From NCBI GenBank assembly GCA_001687465.1, contig LVLI01000132.1:106084-126083 (forward strand): a stretch of DNA of 20,000 bases, in the 5' to 3' direction. Position 1 is the first letter of the stretch. Each line of letters begins with the position of its first letter. The stretch comes from Halocafeteria seosinensis (taxonomy: Eukaryota). Below are positions 9,729-20,000 of this stretch, piece by piece. Made by a program: the position numbers and the translations under genes. Below the pieces are notes generated by a model. That model worked only from the letters and a program-made list of their open reading frames with translations. It was not told the origin of the DNA and did not search any database.

Positions 9729-12700
9729 CTAAATCAAGGTGAAGGGTGCGTCTACGGTAACTCTCCTTTCTTGTTCATGACCTGGACCCATGAGTTGGTA
9801 GAGAAGGCCGACGTTGCTGACTTCGATATTCAACGCCTGTAACTGTTCCCACTCGGTCAGCGGTTGGTCTTTTTCACAGGCAGACTCCTCTTCATGTTTC
9901 AGTGACAGGGAGTCGTGCGTTATATCAAATCCCGCAGGTAGTGTCTGGTGGATCGTCGGCGCCTTGCAACTGCTCACTTTCGGTGAAAAAATCCAACCAC
10001 AGTGAGTACTGGGATCTAGACCGGAGAGGATCTCCTGTTTGCCATTGGCTAGCGGTACTGCAAATACGCCACTGTGATGTGAGCTAGCCCGATATATCGA
10101 TTGCCAGTCAACTGGATCCCATTTGCTGTTCTTGGCGGGAGGATGGGCCCATGACTTAACGAAAAAATATGGATGACCGTTAGTTGGTTCCTTCTTAACC
10201 ATTGTCATGGCATGCCCTAAATGAAAAGCATTGCTTGCATAATACCATTTCACGTGATGATCATCCAGTAGCTGCCGCGTTGACCGGTCAAGAAGTAAGC
10301 TGATTTCATCAGACTGGTTTCGGTGCACTTGTATAGTCCTCTGGTCCGCCGTTACGATCCAGTCTTTTTGAACGCCAGTGACACTTATACGGCGCTGTGT
10401 GTGTAGCTCCGTCTCCTCGGCAGCGCGTCTGCCGGATATATGGGCCGTTTCCTGTATGTTTAAAATCCCCTCACTGGCCTCCGGTTCAGCTACTCTTTGA
10501 TCTATAGGCTGGTGTAACTCCGAAAATGTCTCTGCTACATACACCAGCGTTATTGTAGCAACGTCACTTCTGTTGATCCAGTGTTGAATCCACTGTTTTA
10601 ATTGTTTGTCGTCGAATGGCGGAGAAATTTCGGCAATGAGATTGACCTTGTTGCCGTAGTCCCTTGGAGTTCCGGACCACGCTCTCTCCGTCAGCGAGCG
10701 AACCGGTAGTAATATGCGATGCAGGAAGGCTCCTAGTGTGTTTCTGATAGAAAGGAGCACCCTCTGAAGTAATCGCACCGCGTTGTTCGTGGCAGCTTGC
10801 AAGATCGACTCTTGGTAGTAAGCTCTTCTTCCGAAGCGCGCATGGTCTCCATAATTCTCGATGGCATGGTCAATCAGTGTGTAATGTTTCAGGTAGAAAA
10901 CACACTCTTCCTTGTGCTCTTCAGTGAAGTGTCTCTGTAGAAATAATATGTAAATCTCTTGTGGCTAAACACATATACGCGAAAGAAAGTTGTAAAAAAT
11001 GACACGCACCAGAATGTAACGCGAAAAACGTGGTAGGACTTCTCCACAGAACGCCGCCATCTTAGACAAGCGATTCCACAGTTCAGCACTTCTTGCCTCA
11101 AGGGGACTGTTTCCGTTTTTCCAATCCTCCCCAAGTGTGCCTGCGACCGCCAACGTGCCACTGAAAATACTTCGTTCTATCGCGGAAGCTGCGAAAGAGT
11201 TGTAGCGTGGCTGCAATGCCGACAAACATACTACCTGCCTTCCAAGTCGCTCATCTGGAACCTGAAGGGACATAGTCTGAGCGAAACCACTGTACGTCGT
11301 TATCCCCAACTGTAGCATAAAATCGTCCACCATAGAGTATAGAGTGCGTAAAGGGAGGCCTGGGGCTCCTTCCTGTAGCGCTTCACCAATCCACATATCA
11401 TCTTGAGGCCAGTGTGCGGGACATTCACCAAGTCTTGCACACTTCAAAAGTGTGAGCAATTCCAACTCTTGATAAGATTCTTTGGAAGGGTCAGTGGCTC
11501 CCCGCGCTTCTACATACCTGGTCACAAGATGAAACGGTGCCAACTTTTCCAACAACTGTTGGTGTCTTGTGCTATTCTCCGGCTGCAGAAGTACTACTGT
11601 TGCGTATCCCGTGACAATAGCGGCGGTGGTATTTCTCGCAGCCTGGGCCTCTCTCCTAGACAGTAAGGGAGGAATTCGCTCAAGCATTGGCCAACAATGA
11701 CTCGACGTTTCGATACCCTCTAGGAGAGCCAATAACTTGGACCTGGTGGCATGAGCACATGTGGCCTTCCACCATGGTTTCAAAGAATCTTCTAGACTGT
11801 TCAAAATTTGAGGAAATTCCCGCTTAAGTTCGGAGACTCTGGGACATACAGTACATGCGTCCTCCACGGAAAGTCCTTGAATAAGAGCGTCTTCGGGTAT
11901 TTTAGCGGTGGCGTCGGTCGCTTCTTCTGACTCCGGAAGTTTCACTTCCTTGCCATGTGGTACAATGCTAGGTGGTTGATCAGGCGTGCTACCAGTGAAA
12001 GAACCTAGAATATGTTTTAAATGCTCTATAGAAACAGTCAACGTCTTGTTGACATCTGCTTGTCGCTCTCGGAAACCTTCCATTTTCCGTGAAAACGTGT
12101 AGCCGGTGTAACCGCTCCAGAAGATGCTTGGCTCTGTTTCGTTTTGGCCAAGTTTTTGTAGGAAGACCTTCTCTCCCTCTTCTGCTTCACGTATCTGCTG
12201 TTTCTTTTGCTCCCTTATCGTCATTGAGTAACCTACCGCCGTCATGCCCCACAGTTCCCATCTACGGATAACTTCTTCTCTTTTCCAGATCACATGCTGC
12301 CGACTTTCAAACATTCGAGCATAGGTTTTTCGCAAATTACTGTTAGATCCTAAGGATACTGCTATTCCTACGTATTCCGCCGGGGTCCTTGCAATTAAGC
12401 CGGTGACTCCCATACTCAGAAGAAGAGAATGTCCCATCCTGCCTCTGAGGAACCTGCACAGAAAATTAGAAGCCTCAGTGTTGCTTGCAGTTGTAATAGG
12501 CCGTATTTCGAACTTACTCAGTTGGCATCGTTACGAAGGGAATCCCAAGTGATATGGCGTCGGCTGCAGTTTTTGAGCCATCGAACGGAAAAGGGTGGAG
12601 TACGACATCTACGCTGGCGAGAGTTCCCATGAATCTGTCGGAATTCGGCTCTCGTTTGGTCCATATTATTTTTCGCACTACCTCTGGAATACGCTCAGAC

Positions 12701-15184
12701 CATCGGCGCTTGAGAGCATCCGTCCATTCTTCTTTACGTCCCTGACAGAATGATCATTGAAGACCTGTGTGTCTATAGGGAACGAGTTCGGAGCAGACTC
12801 CACTTACCTCTACCATCAGTAGATAAAACTTCTCTGAAGAAGCCAGAATATCACGAAGAACATTGTCAAAATATGGGTGAAACTTATAAGAACTTTGTAA
12901 GCAACCAAACAAAACGTCGTCGTGCGATAGTCCCCAATCGGTCTTCGTACGAAGGTACTCTTTCGGGGGATCAGGGACTCTCTCATAGTAAATCCCTTGT
13001 CCTCCCATTCGAAACAATTGCTCCGAGTAATGGGTGTAAGAGTCGATACTTTCCATTTTATCTGCATTTTTTCATTAAGAGTTTGTATTAAAGCTATGCA
13101 GTAATGGCCAAATGACCCAAATATCTTGAATCTACCTTACCTCCGGAAATGAAGAAGTCTAATGTATCGATATGTCCGCTGCTAATAGGGTTGCCCCAAA
13201 AGACGGCCTGTACTTTAGCGAGCCGGGATGATGCCAACTGGTACGCGCCTAGCTCGGAATATTGATCTGAAAACACAAGAATGTCCAACTGTTTAGAAGC
13301 AATTGCTTCGCGCATGTCGGCTATGTTTTCGTTCAACTCAATTGTTAAATCTGCAGCGTCAAGAATGTCGTTGTTCAAGTAGTAGCCTGCACCTTTGCGG
13401 TAAAACACGGACACATGATAGTGATGACGATCCATGTTCTGGATAATTCCTTGGAGTAACTGTCCATGTGCATGATTCACGGTAAAATATTTGCTGTAAA
13501 ACCCAATGCGTATTTTCCTACGCCCCTCGCTAAGATCGTTCGCTAGATTATTGGTTTCTGTATTTCGAAGATGTTGTGCCACGTACAATTGCTTCGGCTC
13601 CAATACCGCTGCTAGATCTGCAAGGAATGGCAAATCGTTCATTCCATGGTATGGAAGATAGAAAGGGAGCTCGATTCTCTCGAGATCGTCCACGTTGACC
13701 ACTCCTTTGCCCCGTAAGCCACCTAGAATCTGTTGCATTTTTCCACGTTGACGCAGAATTGACTGCTCACTTGCTGCCACTGCCGGAAGCAACAACGCGG
13801 CCCGTAGCATCAATATCGGGTTAGAACTAGCTCGGGAGGCGTAAAGTAGCAGGTCTTGTGCATGGGTTACCGATTCTTCGGTGAAGTCACTGGCGAGATT
13901 CTCTCCGAGCATCCTGGCTAATTCTGGGTCAAACCTATTGCTCAATAGGCTGCTCGTCATAGTTTGTCTGGCAGCACGTGTGTCTCCAAGAGCATTGAAA
14001 GCAAGAGACAAATTATTTATAACATTTATATCATCACTTTTGAGTTGGAGAGCAACAGTGTACCATCTGACGCTTTGGGAAGGGTTACCTGCATACTGAT
14101 AACAAGCACCAATGTTTAACAGCAAAGCTTCAATTTTCAATGCCGGTAGCGTGGTGTTGCGCTTTAGTGAACGCGGAGGGGGTGGTGGTTTCCACTGGTC
14201 CAGCTGCTGCTCGAGATTTTGCTCAGATAAGCCAATCAAAAGCAAAACAGCCTTCCATTTGTTCAAAGCTTCCATATAGTCCTTCTCAGCGAATGATATT
14301 TCAGCGCTTTGCCACATTAACCAAACCTGGGACAAACGCACTTGTCGATGAATTTTGACTGAACTTATCTGGGCCTTTGCTTGTGACAACTCTTTCTGGT
14401 CTATCAATTTCCGAACTCCATGGACTAAAACCTCCAATTCTCTCAAGTGCTGTTGCTCAAGCGGCTGTCCCTCAGAAGTGGGAGTTGAAGCGTGGAAGAT
14501 TGCTGGAAGTTCTTCTGCAAAATTGCTAGGTCCATTTGTCAGCGACAGGTTACCAGTGTCCACTAACGCCCACGGGGTGACATCGGGTATCCATTGGAAA
14601 GGAAGCGATATAGTGAAGTGTCCTTTTGCTAGTCCCAGTTTTTCCAGTTCTTTTTCCACCTTACTGCGAACTATTTCGTGAGATAGTGCGGCATGCACAT
14701 TATACATTCGAGGAATTACCTCAGCCGTGCTTCCTAATTCACACCAAACATCGTTGTATTGCCATAGCGCGTCTTGGTACATCCCATTCGTGTATAAGTA
14801 GTCGCCATACAACAACTTAACGGCTAGAGAGGCATTTGCCACTTGCACTGCATGCTTTAAATTATCTAAAGCAATTTGAATTCTTCCAAACACTTTCTGC
14901 ACTTGCGCTAAGTAAACTAATGAGGCCACATCTTCCGGATCTTCTCGTACTCGCTGACTGAAACAAATTTCTGCATCATCCCATGCATTGACCACTGTGA
15001 AGTGCAAACATGGAACTTTATTCGTGTCGATGAAGATATCTCCGGTCACACGTATCAAGGAATTCGCATTCTCGTTGGCGGCCTTGGCAATGTGTGAAAA
15101 CTGCAGCTGAAAACCCAACAACGTAACCAAAGCCACCAAACATGTTACAGGGGAACGACCGTGACAAGAGTAGGCGTTTTTCAT
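9729..15184 (-). CDS. TPR-containing GT41 (OGT/SPINDLY/HMW1C-like) glycosyltransferase with predicted signal peptide and long C-terminal extension, ~1723 aa. Introns 13062-13140, 12742-12807, 12454-12517, 10935-11009
   Basis: TPR-like LLLNIGACYQYAGNPSQSVRWYTVALQLKSDDINVINNLSLAFNALG. GT41-type motifs KIRIGFYSKYFTVNHAHG, LDILVFSD, RLAKVQAVFWGNPISSG..LDFFISG, HYSEQL, FGCLQSSYKFHPYFD, DVVLHPFPFDGSKTAADAISLGIPFVT, FLRGRMG..LIA....EYV. Four GT-AG introns join the ORFs in frame (5172 nt). The last join has no homology support. Confidence 0.85.
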
Positions 15185-15564
15185 TTTCCATCCACTTAGT
15201 ATTGTCCTATAATTGTCCTCTACCGCGGCTTCCAGTATTGGGGTCTTTGTTGCTCTCTCAAAGGCTACCGCCGGTCGCAGATGTTGCCATCATCTAATAG
15301 ATCAAACTATATGTATACTTCTACCTTTTCCTTTGTCTTATCACTGTCCACATAAAACCACTATGGTACAGGCAACTAGCAGAGCCTCGTGGAATTTTGT
15401 GTCCCGTTTCTCTCTCTGTCAGACTGTGAAACATTTGTTTGCTTCCTCGGGCCCTTCACGCGCCAACCGTCTCTTTAGTGTTGTCAAAAGAGGGTGTTTA
15501 GGCACGCAAGAGGGATGCTGCCAAACTTCAGAGATATCTGTACTTTCGGAAGCAGTCGAACGTG

Positions 15565-17454
15565 ATGGAGAGCTTATTGTCGTGGGGGAAAGGGGGAAAC
15601 ACTTCCGGTCAGTCCGTGGAACTGGAATTGAAATACGACTCCTTGACTCGTACGTTGTCTATTTCTGCTGGTTTCTAAGCTTCATAGAGCTTGTTGGGTG
15701 AGCGTTTTCATCGCTTTCTTACGCGCAACCAAAGTACGGGAAGCCAGATGTATGCTTGCCTTTGGTTACAGAAGCCCTCGAGAACCGACATTTACTCCCC
15801 AAAGATTGGGCGACACAGTTGGATACATTCATTTCTCAACAATTGAAACCAGTGCTCCAGAGGGTCACTGTGTACACCGAGGAGAAAGGATGGCGTCTCC
15901 AGTCTTTTCATGGTAAGGCTCCTCTTTATCTTCTAGGCCCTGCTTCTCTGCTGGTGCATGCAGTTTCACACACATCGCAGGTCTCGACTGGGATGTTCGC
16001 CTTTCGTACCCAGCTGTAGATAAATGCTTCCAGGAGCTTTTAGAGAAGATGCGAGAGATAGGAGAAGCTGGGAAAACATTACTACGATATGTATGTCTGA
16101 GGGTTTGGATGGGATGAAAGATGAATCTTGACTTGTCTGGCCAATCGCAGTTTGCTAACCCCTTGCTGGAAGCTCTTAGTACCGTCCTCAAGGAGTATCG
16201 TAACCGTAATCTTCATTTGGCGTACTCGGCAAAACTTTTATTGCAACTCGGGAAATTTGATGCGTGAGTCGAAAACGCGTTATATATAGGTTTGGGATCC
16301 CGTGTGAGTTAACCTCGGTAGACTCCTTCCCAGAAACGAGCTTCGAATGTCGAAAGCGGGCGCTGAAAAGAAGATGGGCGACGCACAACAACGAATACAA
16401 GTAATTGCTTATCATCTCTGCACTACAATTGTGTATCGTTTTAGTGATTATCTAGTGAATGTTGTTCCTGCAGGAATGCCGACGAGCCATAGCGAAAGCA
16501 ACGGAGGATCTGAAGCAAGCTTGCAATGCATATCAGATTGACTCTCGCCATCTCCACAGTTCTGAAGCAACCAATAAGGAGGAAATCGTGAAAACTACGC
16601 TCCTATGGAGTGTCGCAGACCGTGTTCCTTCAGTTAACCGGGCTGAAAGTCTGCTTGCAAGCCCTGAATTGCAACAACTGATAGAGTTCTACGAGAGTTT
16701 CGCGGCGTACATGTACGAAATTTCTGCCGTGATACTCCAACATTCTCAAAGCTACTCAAAGAACACTCAGAAATACTCGTTTCCGACCCTGGATTCGCTT
16801 AAGGAGAGCAGCCATGCTGGTTGGCAAGTTCAAGAAGGTGATATCCGCAATATGATCCACCAGCGTCTATATCCTCATGTCGAACTAGAATTGGATCCCA
16901 ATTCCAGCTCATTAAAACCAGCTAACAACAACATTAACAGCGGCAATTGCATTAATGATCACCCGTTACTCTCATCTTCGAAGCGAGTTCAAATTACATG
17001 TGATTTGAAGAAGTTACTTTGCTTTCTGACCCAACGTACCCAAATGGAACGCGGTGACATCCGTTTGGCTGTAGGAGACCAATTGCCTGGTGCAACTTCT
17101 GCTATCAGTGGTTTCGACTGGGCAGATAAAATGAAAACGGCCGATGAGTTAGCCAACATTCTGACAGATGAGGAACTGTGCGCAACACTGTCGTTTCTCT
17201 GGTCGGACACTGCTTTGAATACTATCACTGATCAAGTAATGGAGAAGGTACACAATGTTTCGAGGGCTGAAAGCAGGTTAGAACGCAGTTTCGAGACTGT
17301 CGAGGAAAGGAAAAAAGAGATACAAGAGGTGGACGAGAAGTTGTCAACACTGCTTGATCACTTTAAGTGGATAAAGCGAGACTTCGAAGCACATATGTCG
17401 CACGCATGTAAGGGAGCAAACATCTCAGTTACAGGTGGGCAGATCTTCGAATAA
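15565..17454 (+). CDS. CDK5RAP3: CDK5RAP3/C53-like protein (UFMylation/ER-phagy adaptor), ~498 aa. Introns 15650-15771, 15913-15980, 16091-16150, 16264-16333, 16401-16473
   Basis: Spliced N-terminus VELELKYDSLTQALENRHLLPKDWATQL resembles the C53 LPIDI...L.DWL.DR.....W start. EYRNRNLHLA..AKLL.Q..KFD resembles YEKDN.YL.E....L.RNVNYEIP. ECRRAIAKATEDLKQACNAYQI and C-terminal FEAHMSHACKGANISVTGG resemble family segments (IEADISKRYSGRPVNLMG). Length fits. Divergent, recognised by eye. Confidence 0.75.
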
Positions 17455-17480
17455 TGAAACATGATAATATATTGTTAAAT

Positions 17481-19552
17481 CTAAGAAGAAAGCAGCACTG
17501 GTGCGATTCGTCTCCGTTTAGGCTGTTCTTCCGAAGATTGGGTTGCTTCGCTAGTGGCAGCAGAAAAATTTCCCTCGGAAGTTGCTCCATTCGGTGATTT
17601 CTTGGTAATAGTATCGCCTGCTGTACGAGTGCTGGTAGAAGATGCCGCTGGAGACCCCTCCGTGGTTACGCTGGATTTCTGGCATTCCGCAGTGGAAGTG
17701 TTGGGGTTTGACGTTGGGCTAGAGTACTTCGAACCTGCGGAGTTCGGTTCCTCCGGTTCCGCACTCTTATACGTTCTGGCTAACGTCATGGCCTTCTGAA
17801 GTTGTACTGGAAGCTCCGATGCGGGTATTTTTTCTCCGAGTTCGTTGTTCTCGAAGACAGCCACGGAGCAGTAGCCGTCCAGCGATGATGTCATCAGCAT
17901 GTTTCCGCTAGCAGACCTGGATATCGAACAGCGTGCAACCGGATGAGTCACGTAGTAAAGAATATTAGCTCACGTACCATGCTAAGTCAGTAAGCTTTTC
18001 AAAGTGAACATTGGCAATAGCACCAATTGGCAGCGGTTGCTGCGTGTCGTAAAATAGGATGCTCTCAAGGCTTGCAACTGCGAAAATGCTCCTATAGGGG
18101 AAGTCAAACAGACTGCTGTGAGTTAATTGTTGGTTGCCTTCGCTCTTTTCCCGTAGCCGATAAAGAGATTTCGAACTTCGCACTGCCACCGAGGGCGATG
18201 GTATCCCAGGAAGCTGGGTTGCGGGGTGGTCCCAATAGTGTCGAGTATACAAAAAGGAAGTTGGGCTACCTTCTGGCGATTGTCCGCATGGGGCTACCAG
18301 TAGACTGCCGTCAGGTGTCCAATCCGGCCTCCGGAAAAAAGAAGGGACAGTTTCATCCATATATAGTCTTCTCTTGCTCGTTTTCGTCTTATTCGGTTCT
18401 TCTGTTTCTCGGGTGTCTCCAGCTACTGAAGCATCGTAGTATCTTGAAGCAGACTTCAAAGTGAAATTAAAGGGACGCTTCGGAGGAGTATAAAAAGGCA
18501 TGTTTGTCGCATTGGCGATGTTATCTTCTGCTTTCTCCACGGCCGCATTCTGTTTCTGCTCGTTTCTCGCCGTTTGTTCTACTGACCGGATTGCGGATTT
18601 GGAAACAGATAACCCGTACACTCGGAGGCTTCTGTCGCAGGATTGAGTAGCAACGTAATCCCCAAGAGGATCCCACGCTACACCCTGGACGAAGTTGTTG
18701 TGATCCTTCAGTGTCTGCAGTATGCGTCCTGCGGTACCAAAACTCTTAGTCGTGGACCCGGCCTGACGAAAATGTCGATTCTCTTCTCGCGTACCTTTCT
18801 CTGCGTCCCATATCAGTGAGGTATTATCCACGGACCCGGATGCTATTCTGCTACAATCGGGAGACCAACTAATAGAGTAGACATCCGACGTGTGACCTCT
18901 GCGACAGGGGGAATATGCAAGTCTGAAGAACAGGACAATTGCCTGCCCTAGTGCAGGTTGCGAGAACAAGTACCTCAAAAGCGTTTTGGATAGGTCATTT
19001 TCTGATTCCACGTCCTTCCAAGTTTTGCCGTTCTTAGCCTTCCAAAGAAATATGCTAGAGTCTGTAGTGAGGAGCATGGCTCGATACAGTCTATCTATGA
19101 AAGACTTCCTCTTTATGAACTTACCATCACCTCCAGAGGCTAACGTTTTGCCTGCAATATTTACAACAACAAAAAAGTGAAGAACTTCGGTGTTTCGTCG
19201 TATCTCAATAACACAACTCCTCGTACCATCGGGTGAGAACCGGACGACGTTAACAGTCCCAATATGGCCAGGAAGACTGAACAAGAAGGTCGGCGACGGG
19301 CTTGCGTTTTCGTTACCCGACGCATCAGTTCCCTGTTTGATTTCGACTTTCCAAATCTGCATTCATTTACACGTCCATACCCCCTCTGTGGTCCTTGATG
19401 AATTGAGCCTCCTCTCTTACCTTGACTTCTTCATCAGCTCCTGCGGTGGCTAACAATCCTTCCTCTGTGGGATGAAAGTCCAGCGACAGGATTGGATCAT
19501 TTTTACCCCCTACACGAGCGTGCCAAGCGACTTCTAACACCTTGACTTTCAT
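17481..19552 (-). CDS. CHAF1B: Chromatin assembly factor 1 subunit B (p60/Cac2/FAS2), WD40 protein, ~555 aa. Introns 19357-19420, 19152-19226, 19062-19124, 18899-18973, 18729-18794, 17917-17977
   Basis: MKVKVLEVAWH...PILSLDFHP...LATAGADEEVKIW, GHIGTVNVVRFSPDG, HNNFVQGVAWDPLG.YVATQSCDRSLRVY, DETVPSFFRRPDWTPDGSLL, YRSIFAVAS, LTDLAWS..G..L..SSLDGYCS. C-terminal KRRRIAP resembles the ASF1-binding B-domain. Lacks the long HIRA C-terminal domain. Confidence 0.93.
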
Positions 19553-19727
19553 TGTTTATCCTCCCTTAAGTCTGCTCCACTTTCACAAAATAACAATATC
19601 CCAGTCAGTCCCAACGATTTCGAACAACCGATAGACAGGGAAACTCTACAAGCGTAATGTTTGCTATCTTTTAGACCCACAAACCTGGCAGTTATATACA
19701 CCTCTCTTTTCATGTCTTGTGGGGTGA

Positions 19728-19770
19728 TTTGAAATTGAAATGAAATTTGAAATCGTTGCTTGAATTTGAA
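19728..19770. promoter_or_regulatory. Cluster of TTTGAA (CHR-like) motifs upstream of CHAF1B
   Basis: TTTGAA at 19728, 19746 and 19765, CTTGAA at 19759, all within 43 bp and ~175-220 nt upstream of the ATG. Function is inferred. Confidence 0.4.
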
Positions 19771-20000
19771 ATCGAAAAAGTCTGCGAATTGTTTGCTCGG
19801 TAAAGGTCAAAACTCTCGACGAGTCGCANTCTTCNACTGAGGGGAGAAGAAGAGAAGTGTTACATAGTCGTTCTTTATGCATTACCGGCGTTCTATTTTT
19901 CGATAGATAGATGGAATACAGTGCATTTGACATTTGATGATAAAAGCAAATGGAATCCCTGTCACACTCTTTACTATTCGCAACTACAATCAAGCACTTC

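Noticed and set aside
15213..15701. 162-aa ORF as a separate gene or as the CDK5RAP3 N-terminus
   Set aside because: Non-ATG start, wrong phase for the 15771 acceptor and no homology signal. The ATG at 15565 gives the C53-like start.
17481..19552. HIRA instead of CHAF1B
   Set aside because: The N-terminal EVAWH...PILSLDF pattern, ~555-aa length and terminal KRRRI motif without a HIRA C-terminal domain fit CAF-1 p60.
19664..19993. 109-aa minus-strand ORF at the right edge
   Set aside because: AT-rich promoter-like sequence, non-ATG start, two ambiguous bases (19829, 19835) and no recognisable protein features.

Overview
Gene-dense eukaryotic (protist-like) DNA with many short GT-AG introns, mostly 60-81 nt, so the ORF track fragments the genes. 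I reassembled six genes by hand. (1) GMP synthase (+, 2003-4277, 11 exons). (2,3) Two tandem, diverged paralogs (+, ~5115-7129 and 7817-9719), each with two histidine-phosphotransfer (Hpt)-like repeats. The first ends in a CaaX box and the second has lost the His in its first repeat. (4) A ~1720-aa signal-peptide + TPR + GT41 (OGT/SPY-like) glycosyltransferase with a long unexplained C-terminal extension (-, 15184-9729). (5) A CDK5RAP3/C53-like gene (+, 15565-17454). (6) CAF-1 subunit B (-, 19552-17481). A probable terminal exon of an upstream gene sits at the left edge. Non-coding highlights: a 379-bp element with perfect 28-bp terminal inverted repeats and a hairpin-rich interior (789-1167), a similar stem-loop about 360 nt upstream of each Hpt paralog, and a TTTGAA (CHR-like) cluster upstream of CHAF1B. 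The best candidate for an undescribed system is the double-Hpt pair with its lipid anchor and shared upstream hairpin. All family calls come from motif recognition by eye; no database searches or folding programs were run.
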